Shown here: positions 9,848 to 19,777 of the stretch, one piece after another
Numbering within the stretch: the stretch's first letter is position 1
How the letters are laid out: the number at the start of each line of letters is the position of its first letter
Source: Henriciella sp.
GTDB lineage: Bacteria > Pseudomonadota > Alphaproteobacteria > Caulobacterales > Hyphomonadaceae
DNA length: 64,000 nucleotides
NCBI GenBank assembly: GCA_013214545.1
Contig: JABSQB010000003.1
Location: 37,236 to 101,235, forward strand
Direction: 5' to 3'
Position numbers and translations under genes: made by a program
Notes under the pieces: generated by a model
Databases searched by the model: none
What the model was told of the DNA's origin: nothing
The model's input: the letters and a program-made list of their open reading frames with translations, nothing else

Positions 9848-10420
9848 TCAGAATGTGTATCGCAGCTTGAAGTGCGCGCTCGCTTCGGCCTGATACTGGT
9901 CGGCCAGCGTGCCAGCCGAAGTACCATAAAGCCGGCTATTGTCGGGCGGGTTGAATACGCCAACTCCGATCGCTGCGTCAGCAGACCATCCGGTTTGCTG
10001 AGACCCGGAGCGAACACCCAATCCGATGAAGGGTGCGCTGTCTGATTGGCGGTTAAACAGCAAATCGCCCCGGGTCATCTCTGAAATCGCGCGATCAATC
10101 TGGCGACCGATCTCGGATGCATCATCCGTTGTGCCGACTGTCAGCACGAGGTTCGGATGCGGCGTCGAGATTTGCGCGAACCTGCCAACGCGGCCAGCCT
10201 CAGTGAAATTCACCTTTGGGATCGGCACGTCTGCGACCGGCTGGGTCACGCGCGCGTCGAAGCGCGGGCGCAAGGGCTCTTCCGGTATTGTTGTCACCAC
10301 AGCGGCGTCCGTGAACCGCAATCGCAGCACCGGTTCGTCATCCAGCAACTCGTCTGCGGCGACACCTGCCACCGCACCACCAATGATTATCGCAGCCAGG
10401 CTCGCAGTTTTGTAACCCAC
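9848..10420 (-). CDS. Hypothetical envelope protein (N-terminal hydrophobic segment, C-terminal ...KLRYTF)
   Basis: 190-aa ORF on the same strand as, and between, murC and murB. It has a hydrophobic N-terminus (ASLAAIIIGGAVAGVAA) and an aromatic, OMP-like C-terminus. I recognise no family. Confidence 0.5.
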   Translation of the reverse strand: MGYKTASLAAIIIGGAVAGVAADELLDDEPVLRLRFTDAAVVTTIPEEPLRPRFDARVTQPVADVPIPKVNFTEAGRVGRFAQISTPHPNLVLTVGTTDDASEIGRQIDRAISEMTRGDLLFNRQSDSAPFIGLGVRSGSQQTGWSADAAIGVGVFNPPDNSRLYGTSAGTLADQYQAEASAHFKLRYTF

Positions 10421-10523
10421 GACATCGTCCCTCTCGCACGCTTGGAAACGAGTTAGCCGCTCAGATTTTGATAAAAGTTCAGGGAAATTCGCGTAATTGC
10501 CTAGGCCTGATTCACCATAGAGG

Positions 10524-11933
10524 TCAGGATTCCAGGCGTTCGATCAATCCGTTCGCATGCGCTGAAATGCTGCCAGCGCCCATACACACGACCATATCAC
10601 CGGGTTCAGCCAATTCGCGGATAAGCTCTGGTAAGGTTTCCAGATCGTCCAGAACCTGCGCCTGTTTGTGCCCGTGCCCCTGCATGCTTTCGACCAGTTT
10701 AACATGATCAACGCCGTCAATTGGCGCTTCGCCCGCGGCAAAGACCGGTGTGATCACTGCAACATCGGCTTCGCGATAGCACTGGGCAAACTCCTCAAAC
10801 AGGTCTTGTAAGCGCGAATATCGGTGCGGCTGTGAGATCGCGATCACGCGGCCCTGGCCCTGAATCGCACGCGCGGCTTTGAGGCAGGCTTCAATCTCGA
10901 CCGGGTGATGAGCGTAGTCATCAATCACCTTCACGCCGTTCCACTCGCCAACAGGGGTGAACCGTCGTTTCACGCCGCCAAAGGCTTTCAGACTGTCGCG
11001 CAGCTGATCATTGGTCGCGCCAAGTTCGACCGCGACCGCGATCGCTGCCAGCGCGTTGGAGACATTGTGCTCGCCCGCCATGGGCAGGAAGACTTGCTCT
11101 ATCACCCGCTCTTCTGCGTTCAGTTTGGAGCGGATCATGACATCGAAAGAAACGCCGTCCGAACTTGGCTGCAGATTGACTGCACGCACATCCGCTTGGC
11201 GGTTGTAGCCATAGGTGATGATGCGCCGGTCAGAGACGCGCGCGACCATAGCCGCGACCTCTGGGTGATCCGTACACAGCACGCCGAAGCCATAGAATGG
11301 GATGTTGCCGACATAAGTGTCGAAGGCTTCGCGCAAGGCATCCATGGAGCCGTAATGCTCCATATGCTCCGGATCCATATTGGTGACGATGGCAATGGTC
11401 GGGCGGATTTTCATGAAGGTGCCGTCGGACTCGTCGGCCTCGAGTACGATCCAGTCGCCGTCCCCCGCTTTGGCGTTGGACCCATAAGCATTGATGATGC
11501 CGCCATTGATCACCGTTGGATCGATCCCGGCGCCGTCGAGCAGGGCCGCGACCATGGTCGTGGTCGTGGTCTTGCCATGCGTACCGGCCACAGCGACGGT
11601 CCATTTCAGACGGATAATCTCGGCCAGCATGTCGGCGCGGCGCACGACCGGGATGCCAGCGGCGCGAGCGGCCTGGACTTCGACATTATCGTCTTTGATG
11701 GCGCTGGAAATGATCACAGCGCTGGTGCCGGAAACGTTCTCGGCCACATGCCCAATATGTACCACGGCGCCTTTCTCGCGCAGGCGCTCGACATTGGCGC
11801 TTTCCTTCATGTCCGAGCCCTGCACCTGATAGCCCAGGTTCATCATGATCTCGGCGATGCCGGACATGCCAATGCCGCCAATACCAACAAGATGTGCCGG
11901 GCCGAGCGGGAACGGGGTCGGAGAAGGTTTCAT
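10524..11933 (-). CDS. murC: UDP-N-acetylmuramate--L-alanine ligase MurC
   Basis: Mur ligase motifs ([22 protein letters not shown]). The ORF extends to 12035. The internal ATG at 11933 gives the usual ~470 aa. Confidence 0.92.
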   Translation of the reverse strand: MKPSPTPFPLGPAHLVGIGGIGMSGIAEIMMNLGYQVQGSDMKESANVERLREKGAVVHIGHVAENVSGTSAVIISSAIKDDNVEVQAARAAGIPVVRRADMLAEIIRLKWTVAVAGTHGKTTTTTMVAALLDGAGIDPTVINGGIINAYGSNAKAGDGDWIVLEADESDGTFMKIRPTIAIVTNMDPEHMEHYGSMDALREAFDTYVGNIPFYGFGVLCTDHPEVAAMVARVSDRRIITYGYNRQADVRAVNLQPSSDGVSFDVMIRSKLNAEERVIEQVFLPMAGEHNVSNALAAIAVAVELGATNDQLRDSLKAFGGVKRRFTPVGEWNGVKVIDDYAHHPVEIEACLKAARAIQGQGRVIAISQPHRYSRLQDLFEEFAQCYREADVAVITPVFAAGEAPIDGVDHVKLVESMQGHGHKQAQVLDDLETLPELIRELAEPGDMVVCMGAGSISAHANGLIERLES

Positions 11934-12086
11934 CTGGTCATCATGTCCCGAAATAGATGTATTGATTGCGCTTAGCCTGTTCCGCGCCTGTGAGGCAAGC
12001 GCCTCGCTGCCCCATTGAAATGACAGTAGATTCATGTGCCTGAGTGTGCATGTCTAAATGTCCAAAAGAAGGAGCCAGAAAGGCAA

Positions 12087-12554
12087 ATGCAGCTTGCTGA
12101 ACTGAATGTTGGCCGCCTGATCGCTCCGACGGACGATCCGCGGGTGAAAACCTTCATGGACAATCTCGATGCCATCAATGGGATCGGGAAGCGGATGCCG
12201 GGTTTTGTCTGGATGATGGACGGACTGGCTGAACCGGGCAGCGTGAATGAGGACATCGTGATTGAGGACGACCCTTTGCTGGTGCCCAATCTGTCGGTCT
12301 GGAAAGATGTCGAAAGCCTGGAACGCTTCGTCTGGGGCACAGTGCACAAGAAGTTCTATGACCGCCGCGCGGAGTGGTTTGAAGTCCTCGGCGAGATGCA
12401 TTTTGTCATGTGGTGGGTGCCAGACGGACACCGGCCGAGCCTAGCAGAAGCCTTGCAGAAACTCGCGCGCTTAAGGGCGCATGGTGAGTCTGAAGAGGCG
12501 TTCGGGTGGGATTGGGTACGCGACGCAAGACAACGCCGCACGCAGGCGGGTTAA
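12087..12554 (+). CDS. DUF3291 domain-containing protein
   Basis: MQLAELNVGRLIAP...MPGFVWMM matches DUF3291 as I recall it. AAGGAG lies upstream of ATG 12087. It is on the opposite strand to the dcw genes. Confidence 0.7.
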   Translation: MQLAELNVGRLIAPTDDPRVKTFMDNLDAINGIGKRMPGFVWMMDGLAEPGSVNEDIVIEDDPLLVPNLSVWKDVESLERFVWGTVHKKFYDRRAEWFEVLGEMHFVMWWVPDGHRPSLAEALQKLARLRAHGESEEAFGWDWVRDARQRRTQAG

Positions 12555-12598
12555 AGCCCAGGGGCGCTTAAACCATCGCAAGCCTCAGTTCGTATTCG

Positions 12599-13039
12599 TC
12601 AAAACCAGGTGGTCAGTATGTGGCGCTTACGGCTGTACATACTAACTCTGAGTTCCTCAACGAGACGGCCGTCAACATACCCACCATACACGTGAACGGT
12701 ATGACGACAGTGCTTCGTGTTTTGAGACTGACGGCACCGGTCCCACGTTTCTTCTGAGGGCAAGGGCGAACAGGCTTCTCCGGGAGTGCCATCGCCGCAA
12801 ACCGTCACACAAGTGAAGTCGATCGAGTGCGCGCTCTTGAAGAAAACCGACCTTAGGCTCCCAGCCTCGAACTGCGCGGCAAACTCTGTACCCATTGCGC
12901 GCAAATCCTTGCGCTCCTGAGCCAGCTGACAATCGACGCTGTTATGTTGTTCAACCAGGCTGACGAACCACAGGTATCCGACCACATAACCAACAATGGC
13001 AACGATTGCCGTCACGCGAAACCAGATCGATTTTATCAA
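12599..13039 (-). CDS. Hypothetical membrane-anchored Cys-rich protein
   Basis: 146-aa ORF with an N-terminal TM helix ([25 protein letters not shown]) followed by a domain with 6 Cys. The TTG start overlaps the murG stop (TTGA). It looks more AT-rich than its neighbours. Confidence 0.45.
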   Translation of the reverse strand: MIKSIWFRVTAIVAIVGYVVGYLWFVSLVEQHNSVDCQLAQERKDLRAMGTEFAAQFEAGSLRSVFFKSAHSIDFTCVTVCGDGTPGEACSPLPSEETWDRCRQSQNTKHCRHTVHVYGGYVDGRLVEELRVSMYSRKRHILTTWF

Positions 13040-14142
13040 GTCGACGCAACCGGCGCCGCAATCCCCTCCGCCAGATCCGCTAAATCCTGCGCCGCGCGGA
13101 TATTGCCGAGCGCTTTTGCCGCCGCCGCCCGCACGGCGAGATCGTTGGCGTCGCCGAGCCGCAGCGCAATCAGCTCACCCAGCAGGTTCGGATAGAGGTT
13201 ATCCTCGAGCAGCATGTCAGCGCCGCCGGCTTCGACCAGGCCTTCCGCATTTGCTTCCTGGTGATTGTCCATGGCGATCTTCAGCGGGATCAGAATAGAC
13301 GGTCGGCCAATCGCAGCGATCTCGCTGACCGTGCCAGCGCCAGAACGGGCAATGATGAGGTGCGCCGCAGCAAGCCGATCCGGCATGTCGGAGAAGAAGG
13401 ATTGCAAAGTCGCTTTGACCTGGACCTTGTCATAGATCGCGCGGACCTGATCCATCTGCTCTTCACGCACTTGCTGCACCACATGCAGGCGAACGCGCAA
13501 AGGCGCTGGAATGTGATTGGCAAGCGCGAGGGGGATCGCTTCGCCGAGAATACGCGCGCCTTGCGACCCGCCGGTGATGAAGACGGTCAGCTCGCCATCC
13601 ATGCTCGGGAACGGGACGTCCCGCTTGACCGCGATGGGCGCGCGAACCGGATTGCCGATCGGTTGGTGATTGGCCCCGCCGGGTAAGCGATCGAGCCGTT
13701 CAAAGCCTGACGCAACCACTGCAGCCTTATTGGCAAACGCACGATTCACCCGGCCAAGCACCGCGTTCTGTTCGTGGATCAGCAAAGGAATGCCGAGACG
13801 CCGTCCCGCCGACAAAGCGGGATAGGCGGGGTAGCCCCCAAAACCGGCCACGAGCGCGGGCTTCTTGTCTTTTTTGAACTTGCGCACCGCTGTGTTCACC
13901 CCGGCCCGCAGTTTCAGCGCTGTTCCAGGTAGCGTCCAAGGCTTGCGCAGATTTGGGCTTGCGGCCTGAACTTCCATCTTCCAGCTGGCCGGAAACTTGT
14001 CGGCATAGCGCAGGCCGCGACTGTCGCTGATCAAGCCTACCTCCCATCCGCGCGAGGCCATTTCTTCAGCAAAGGCGGCGGCTGGGAACATGTGCCCGCC
14101 CGTGCCACCTGCCCCGATTACAACAAGGGGTTTGTCCGTCAT
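13036..14142 (-). CDS. murG: Undecaprenyldiphospho-muramoylpentapeptide beta-N-acetylglucosaminyltransferase MurG
   Basis: 368 aa, [10 protein letters not shown] motif, dcw context. Confidence 0.95.
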   Translation of the reverse strand: MTDKPLVVIGAGGTGGHMFPAAAFAEEMASRGWEVGLISDSRGLRYADKFPASWKMEVQAASPNLRKPWTLPGTALKLRAGVNTAVRKFKKDKKPALVAGFGGYPAYPALSAGRRLGIPLLIHEQNAVLGRVNRAFANKAAVVASGFERLDRLPGGANHQPIGNPVRAPIAVKRDVPFPSMDGELTVFITGGSQGARILGEAIPLALANHIPAPLRVRLHVVQQVREEQMDQVRAIYDKVQVKATLQSFFSDMPDRLAAAHLIIARSGAGTVSEIAAIGRPSILIPLKIAMDNHQEANAEGLVEAGGADMLLEDNLYPNLLGELIALRLGDANDLAVRAAAAKALGNIRAAQDLADLAEGIAAPVAST

Positions 14143-14143
14143 T

Positions 14144-15280
14144 TTAGCCCTTCACGCTCGTATGTCCGCGCCGGATCAAGGCGAGTGCCAGTCCAAGCGT
14201 CAACGCGATGCCCAACATGGACGATCCCCCTGACGAAATGAATGGCAGCGTCATGCCTTTCGGCGGTATCAGGCTGACATTTACGGCGATATTTATGACG
14301 GCCTGAAGACCAAAAAGCGTAAACAATCCGGTGGCGGCTGCGCGGGGATAGGGATCGTGCAGACGCGCCGCCGCACGCAGGCCTTTCCAGACAATGAAGC
14401 CGAAAATGAAGATCAATCCGGCAGCAGCGATATAGCCAAATTCTTCGCCAAGGACGGCATAGATGAAGTCCGTATGCGCATCTGGCAGCGACGACTTGAT
14501 CTTACCTTCGCCGGGCCCAACCCCGAACAAGCCGCCACGTCCGATCGCTTCAGCCGCTTTATCGATTTGGTACGTGTCATAGTCGGTCGGGTTGATGAAG
14601 GAGTTGATGCGAAATCTCACATGCGGCAGCGTTGCATAGAGCAAGCCTGATAACGCTGCCCCGCCGCCCGCAAACACCGCTGCCCATCGCCAGGGCAAAC
14701 CAGAGACAAAGAAGGTCACGATAAAGGCTGCGGTCAGGAGCGCCGACTGACCGACATCGGGCTGCAAGAGCAGCAGCCCCAAAGTGACACAGAAAAACAC
14801 CAATGTAATCGCAGCCCACGGACCTTTGGGATACATCTGGCGCTGTGCCAGGAGCCATCCTGTTAACACGATCAGCGCCGGTTTGACGAATTCCGAAGGC
14901 TGTAATCCAAAGCCGCCGAGGCGGATCCAACGCTGCGCGCCCTTCACACCGTCCTGTCCCGAAATCAGAATGAACGCCATCAGGGATAACGCACCGATAA
15001 ATACCAAGGCCGCGAGCCGCCGAGCCCACACTCGCTCAAGCAGGCTGGTTCCGACCATGACGATCACCGCTGCACCGACGAACATAGCCTGGCGTTTCAC
15101 GAAGTAGAAGCTGTCGCTGTAGCCGAGGCGTTCCGCTGCCGGCGGGCCAGCCGCGAGTGACATCAGCAGGCCAGCGCAGAGAAGTAGAATAGCGGCCATA
15201 AGGATTGGCCAGTCGAGCCCGCGATGCCATTCGAGAAAGCGGCCAGTGGCTGAGCGCGGGCGAAGGGCGACCTCAACCAT
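14144..15280 (-). CDS. ftsW: Peptidoglycan glycosyltransferase FtsW (SEDS family)
   Basis: 378-aa polytopic membrane protein with SEDS motifs, lying between murD and murG. Confidence 0.92.
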   Translation of the reverse strand: MVEVALRPRSATGRFLEWHRGLDWPILMAAILLLCAGLLMSLAAGPPAAERLGYSDSFYFVKRQAMFVGAAVIVMVGTSLLERVWARRLAALVFIGALSLMAFILISGQDGVKGAQRWIRLGGFGLQPSEFVKPALIVLTGWLLAQRQMYPKGPWAAITLVFFCVTLGLLLLQPDVGQSALLTAAFIVTFFVSGLPWRWAAVFAGGGAALSGLLYATLPHVRFRINSFINPTDYDTYQIDKAAEAIGRGGLFGVGPGEGKIKSSLPDAHTDFIYAVLGEEFGYIAAAGLIFIFGFIVWKGLRAAARLHDPYPRAAATGLFTLFGLQAVINIAVNVSLIPPKGMTLPFISSGGSSMLGIALTLGLALALIRRGHTSVKG

Positions 15281-15289
15281 GCCCGCCCC

Positions 15290-16711
15290 CTAAACCGCTT
15301 CTTTTTGCGGCGTCACTTGCGAAGCAAGGCGCTGGACAATCTCACGGAAGGCATCGCCGCGCGCTTCGAAATCCTTGAACTGATCAAAGCTGGCACAGGC
15401 CGGTGAGAGCAGGACGATCGGGTTGGCTTCACCTGACGCCTTGGCTGCATCGAAGGCCGCTTGTGTGGCCGCTTCGAGCGTGCCGCATTTCACCGTATCG
15501 GCCTTGTCTTTCAGTGTTTTGGCAAAGGCAGCTTCACTTTCGCCAATCAAGTAGGCGCCAATGACACGATCAAACCAGGGCTCAAGCGGCTCGATCCCCT
15601 CAGCCTTCGGCACGCCGCCAGCGATCCAGTGGACTTTCGGCCAGGTCTTGAGCGCCTGCTCCGCTGCCTGAGCGTTGGTGGCCTTACTGTCATTGACGAA
15701 GCGCACACCTTCCACCTCGCCGACCAGTTCCATGCGGTGTGGCAGTCCAGGGAAAGAGCGAATTCCGGCCATGATCCGACCAGGCGCAACGCCAAGGGCG
15801 TGACAGGCGGCATAGGCGGCGGCTGCATTCTGATGATTGTGGCGGCCGGGTAATGCTTCGGCTTCGGCGAGATCGCCAACGCGAATGGCTTGTCCGCCTG
15901 TGCTATCATATAAGTGCCCGTCCACCGCGCTCACGCCGCGGGCGAGGCCAAACTCGGAGCTGATCTGAACCACGCGTCCGCCGCCCGGGCGCGAACGTCC
16001 CATGGCAATCGCCTGGCTGTAGGGATCGTCTATGCCAACAATCGCGGCATCGCGAGGGCGCTGATTGGCGAAGATACGCTTCTTGGCCGCAACATATCCA
16101 TCCATGCCGCCATGTCGGTCGAGATGATCAGGCGAGATATTCAGGAAGACGGCCACATCGCAGCGCAGGCTCTCGACCAGATCGAGCTGGTACGAAGAGA
16201 GTTCGAGCACATAGACCGCATTCGCGTTCAGCGCCGCCATGTCGAGCACGCCCTTGCCGATATTGCCGCCAACGCGAACATCGAGGCCGGCTTCTTTCAG
16301 AATATGACCGATCAGAGCTGTGGTCGTCGATTTCCCATTGGTGCCGGTGATCCCAATAATCTTGGGTCGGCCTTTCTCCGGCAAAGCCTGCACAGCGCGG
16401 GCGAACAGCTCCATATCGCCGACCACCGGCACATTCATCATCTCCGCCATTCGGACGAGGCGATGCGGCTGCGGGAAGCGGAAGGGAATGCCAGGCGACA
16501 GGACGAGCGCGGCGAATTTCTGCCAGTCGCGCTTGTTGATGTCACTGACATTGACGCCCTCGGCTTCCGCCTTGGCGCGCGCAGCTTCCCCATCATCCCA
16601 GGCATGCACGCGCGCACCGCCCGCGGCGAGGGCTTTCGCAGCGGACAATCCGGTGCGGCCCAGGCCATAGACGGCGACATCGCGCCCTGCATATTCGGTG
16701 ATCGGGATCAT
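15290..16711 (-). CDS. murD: UDP-N-acetylmuramoylalanine--D-glutamate ligase MurD
   Basis: 473 aa, VYGLGRTG Rossmann-type N-terminus, GTNGKSTT P-loop. Confidence 0.93.
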   Translation of the reverse strand: MIPITEYAGRDVAVYGLGRTGLSAAKALAAGGARVHAWDDGEAARAKAEAEGVNVSDINKRDWQKFAALVLSPGIPFRFPQPHRLVRMAEMMNVPVVGDMELFARAVQALPEKGRPKIIGITGTNGKSTTTALIGHILKEAGLDVRVGGNIGKGVLDMAALNANAVYVLELSSYQLDLVESLRCDVAVFLNISPDHLDRHGGMDGYVAAKKRIFANQRPRDAAIVGIDDPYSQAIAMGRSRPGGGRVVQISSEFGLARGVSAVDGHLYDSTGGQAIRVGDLAEAEALPGRHNHQNAAAAYAACHALGVAPGRIMAGIRSFPGLPHRMELVGEVEGVRFVNDSKATNAQAAEQALKTWPKVHWIAGGVPKAEGIEPLEPWFDRVIGAYLIGESEAAFAKTLKDKADTVKCGTLEAATQAAFDAAKASGEANPIVLLSPACASFDQFKDFEARGDAFREIVQRLASQVTPQKEAV

Positions 16712-16721
16712 CTTTTGCGCG

Positions 16722-17915
16722 CTACCTCAGCTTCAGTGTGGCCAGGCCCGCGAGGGCGAACAAAAGCGACATGATCCAAAACCGAACCACGACCCGAGTT
16801 TCCGGCCAGTTCTTCTTCTGGAAATGGTGATGAAGCGGCGCCATCAGGAAGATGCGCTTACCTTCGCCGGTCAGCTTGCGGGTCAGCTTAAACCAGCTCA
16901 CCTGCATCACGACGGAAAGCACTTCGAGCACAAACAGTCCGCCAATCACGGCCAGCGCGAACTCGTGCTTAATCGCGACAGCGACGACGCCGATCAGACC
17001 GCCAAGGCCGAGCGATCCGGTGTCACCCATGAACACTTTGGCGGGATAGGCATTGTACCAGAGAAAGCCCATGCCAGCGCCCATCATCGCGCCCATAAGC
17101 ACGGCCATCTCACCCGCGCCGGGCGTGAACTGAATGCCAAGATAACCGGCGAAGACAAAGTTACCGGTGAGATAAGCGATGAGGGCGAACGCTGCGCCGG
17201 TAAACATGATCGGCACAATGGCGAGGCCATCCAGACCGTCCGTGAAATTCACGGCATTGGCAAAACCAACAATCACGATGCAGGCAAAGACGACGAAGAA
17301 GCCGCCCAGTGGCAGGAAATAGTCATTCACGAACGGGATGGCGACACCGCCGGAGAAAGACGCCTCATTGCGCTCCACGGAAGTCTCTGGCGCAAACTGT
17401 GCAACCCATTCAGCGAGCGGATTCAGTGCGCCCCAATCGGCATGCCCGAGCGGTGTATGCGCGCCGTGCAAACCCATGATGAACGCCCCGGCGAGCGCCG
17501 CGACGAGAAACTCCGTCCCGAGACGCAAGCGGGCTGAAACGCCGTCCGTGCTCTGCTTGGTCACTTTCGCATAATCATCAAGGAAGCCGAGCACTGCGTA
17601 GGACAGTGACACGGCCAGCACGACCCAGATGTAAGGGTTGCCGAGATCCGCGAACAGCAGGGTCCCGACCAGCAATCCGACCCAGATCAGCAGTCCGCCC
17701 ATGGTCGGCGTACCCTGCTTGGCCATCTGCGCTACGAGCGACAGATCGCGGATCGGCTGACCCTTGCCCTGCCGTGCGCGCAGCACATCGATCATCCAGC
17801 CGCCCAGGATCACCGTGATCAAAAATGCTGTCACAAGTGCCAGGCCTGTCCGGAAAGTCAGGTAGTTGAAAAGTCGAAGCGGCCCTTCATCGGTGGCCAG
17901 CCATTCAAATAGCAT
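16722..17915 (-). CDS. mraY: Phospho-N-acetylmuramoyl-pentapeptide-transferase MraY
   Basis: MLFEWLA...YLTFRTG aligns with the E. coli MraY N-terminus. The ORF extends to GTG 17933; ATG 17915/17918 is preferred. Confidence 0.93.
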   Translation of the reverse strand: MLFEWLATDEGPLRLFNYLTFRTGLALVTAFLITVILGGWMIDVLRARQGKGQPIRDLSLVAQMAKQGTPTMGGLLIWVGLLVGTLLFADLGNPYIWVVLAVSLSYAVLGFLDDYAKVTKQSTDGVSARLRLGTEFLVAALAGAFIMGLHGAHTPLGHADWGALNPLAEWVAQFAPETSVERNEASFSGGVAIPFVNDYFLPLGGFFVVFACIVIVGFANAVNFTDGLDGLAIVPIMFTGAAFALIAYLTGNFVFAGYLGIQFTPGAGEMAVLMGAMMGAGMGFLWYNAYPAKVFMGDTGSLGLGGLIGVVAVAIKHEFALAVIGGLFVLEVLSVVMQVSWFKLTRKLTGEGKRIFLMAPLHHHFQKKNWPETRVVVRFWIMSLLFALAGLATLKLR

Positions 17916-18334
17916 CATAACCCCCTGCAGCACCTTCTGCGCCGCGGTCCATCACCTGTCCGTCTGCGATCACGCTCTGTTGGCGTGAGCTGTCTGCGGA
18001 CGGTTTTATTTCGGAGGTATTCGGGTCCTTTAACAAGAGTCCGATGGGCGTTTTCAAACTATCTTTTCGGTTAGGATTCCGGATCGGAATGATGCGCGCC
18101 GAAACGGACTCGTTTCGTTCTGTCATCCAGGCACGCGACGAAAGAGGAAGATCCGGGAATTCCATATTGCGGGAAGCCCTTGTGAACACTGTAACTTCTC
18201 CGTGTTCGGACAACTTCTCGCGCGCCGCGCGTCCCAACGCAGCCCAAGGCGATTTGCGCCGTAGGAGAATTCCTGTGGATGAATCCTGGTTGGCCGGTTC
18301 GGGTACCAGTCGTTCAGGTGCGGTGCTCGAAGGG

Positions 18335-19777
18335 CTATGCATTTGCCGCCTCCCGCAGCGCGGCAAGCGCTGTCTCCTGATCACTGAACGGCACTACGGT
18401 GTCGCCGATAATCTGACCGGTTTCATGGCCCTTGCCAGCGATCAGTAATGTATCGCCTTTGCGCAGGTCCTTGATTGCATGATGGATCGCCTCGCCGCGA
18501 TCACCGATCTCAAGCCCGTCCGGAACTCGGGCGAGCACTTCGGAGCGGATAAAGGCGGGGTCTTCGCTGCGCGGATTGTCATCGGTAACGATCACGACGT
18601 CCGCATGCTTGGCTGCGACCTCGCCCATTTGCGGGCGTTTGCCGCGATCCCGGTCGCCCCCGCATCCGAACACAACAATCAGACGCCCAGCAGTGTGCGG
18701 GCGCGCAGCGCGGATAAGTACATCCAGGCCAGCCGCGGTGTGCGCATAATCCACGAAAATCCCGGCACCCTCGCGGGTTTCGCCCACATATTCGAGGCGC
18801 CCTTTGACCGGCTTCAGCGCTGCCATGCCCGTGGCAACCTTCTGCAACTCGACGCCGCCCGCCAATGCGAGTCCTGCCGCAGTCAACGCGTTGAGAGCCT
18901 GAAACTCGCCGATCAGCGGTAAATCAATCGCGGCCTTCTCACCGCGCCAGTCCAGGAAGAGCCGCTGACCCGTGGCTTTCGGCATCAGCTCTTCAATCTT
19001 CAGATCCACGCCGCGCCAACCGACTGAGACAACATCGAGCCCTGCCGTCTTGGCCGCGTCTTCAAAGAACAAGCGCTGATCGCTATCGGCATTGACGACT
19101 GCTGGGCAGCCCTGTGGTGCCAGCTCTGAGAACAGACGCAGCTTTGCCGCGCGATATTCGTCCATCGTGTTGTGATAATCGAGATGGTCCTGCGTGAGAT
19201 TGGTGAAGGCGACACCGGCCAGATTGACTGCATCCAGCCTGTATTGCGCGAGCCCATGCGAGGACGCTTCCATCGCCACATTAGAGACCCCATCATCGGC
19301 GAGCGTTTGCAGCGTCGCATGAATGGCCACCGGGTCTGGCGTTGTGTGGCCAAGATCAATGTGCCCATTCGGACCGATCGCGCCCAGCGTGCCCATGCTG
19401 GCAGCGCCCAATCCAGCAGTGTCCCAGATCTGGCGCAGGAAATCGACGGTCGAACTTTTGCCATTGGTGCCGGTGACCGCGACAATCGTGTCTGGTTGGC
19501 GCGCATAAAAGCGCGCGGAGGCTTCAGCGAGCGCCAGGCGGGCATTCGCTACATCAACGGCAATCGCGCCGTCAAAAGCAGGGAGCGCTTCCCCCATCAC
19601 GGCGACCGCGCCGGCCTCAATCGCTGAGCCAATAAACTTGCGTCCATCGGTGACGACCCCTTGCATGGCTGCGAAGACAAAGCCCGGCTCGATGCGGCGG
19701 CTGTCGGCGGTCAGCCCCGACACGGCGGTCTCACCATCCACGCCTGTCAGCTCAGGAAACAAGTCTCTCAAAATCAT
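18335..19777 (-). CDS. murE: UDP-N-acetylmuramoyl-L-alanyl-D-glutamate--2,6-diaminopimelate ligase MurE
   Basis: 480 aa with a Mur ligase P-loop (GTNGKSST) and a DNPR motif (TDDNPRSEDP) typical of meso-DAP-adding MurE. Confidence 0.93.
   Translation of the reverse strand: MILRDLFPELTGVDGETAVSGLTADSRRIEPGFVFAAMQGVVTDGRKFIGSAIEAGAVAVMGEALPAFDGAIAVDVANARLALAEASARFYARQPDTIVAVTGTNGKSSTVDFLRQIWDTAGLGAASMGTLGAIGPNGHIDLGHTTPDPVAIHATLQTLADDGVSNVAMEASSHGLAQYRLDAVNLAGVAFTNLTQDHLDYHNTMDEYRAAKLRLFSELAPQGCPAVVNADSDQRLFFEDAAKTAGLDVVSVGWRGVDLKIEELMPKATGQRLFLDWRGEKAAIDLPLIGEFQALNALTAAGLALAGGVELQKVATGMAALKPVKGRLEYVGETREGAGIFVDYAHTAAGLDVLIRAARPHTAGRLIVVFGCGGDRDRGKRPQMGEVAAKHADVVIVTDDNPRSEDPAFIRSEVLARVPDGLEIGDRGEAIHHAIKDLRKGDTLLIAGKGHETGQIIGDTVVPFSDQETALAALREAANA

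Noticed and set aside
17905-18384. 159-aa ORF filling the murE-mraY spacer, considered as a possible degenerate murF.
   Set aside because: It overlaps the murE 3' end and the mraY 5' end and has no Mur-ligase P-loop or other MurF motifs. Its composition is low-complexity and Arg/Ser-rich. It is treated as non-coding.
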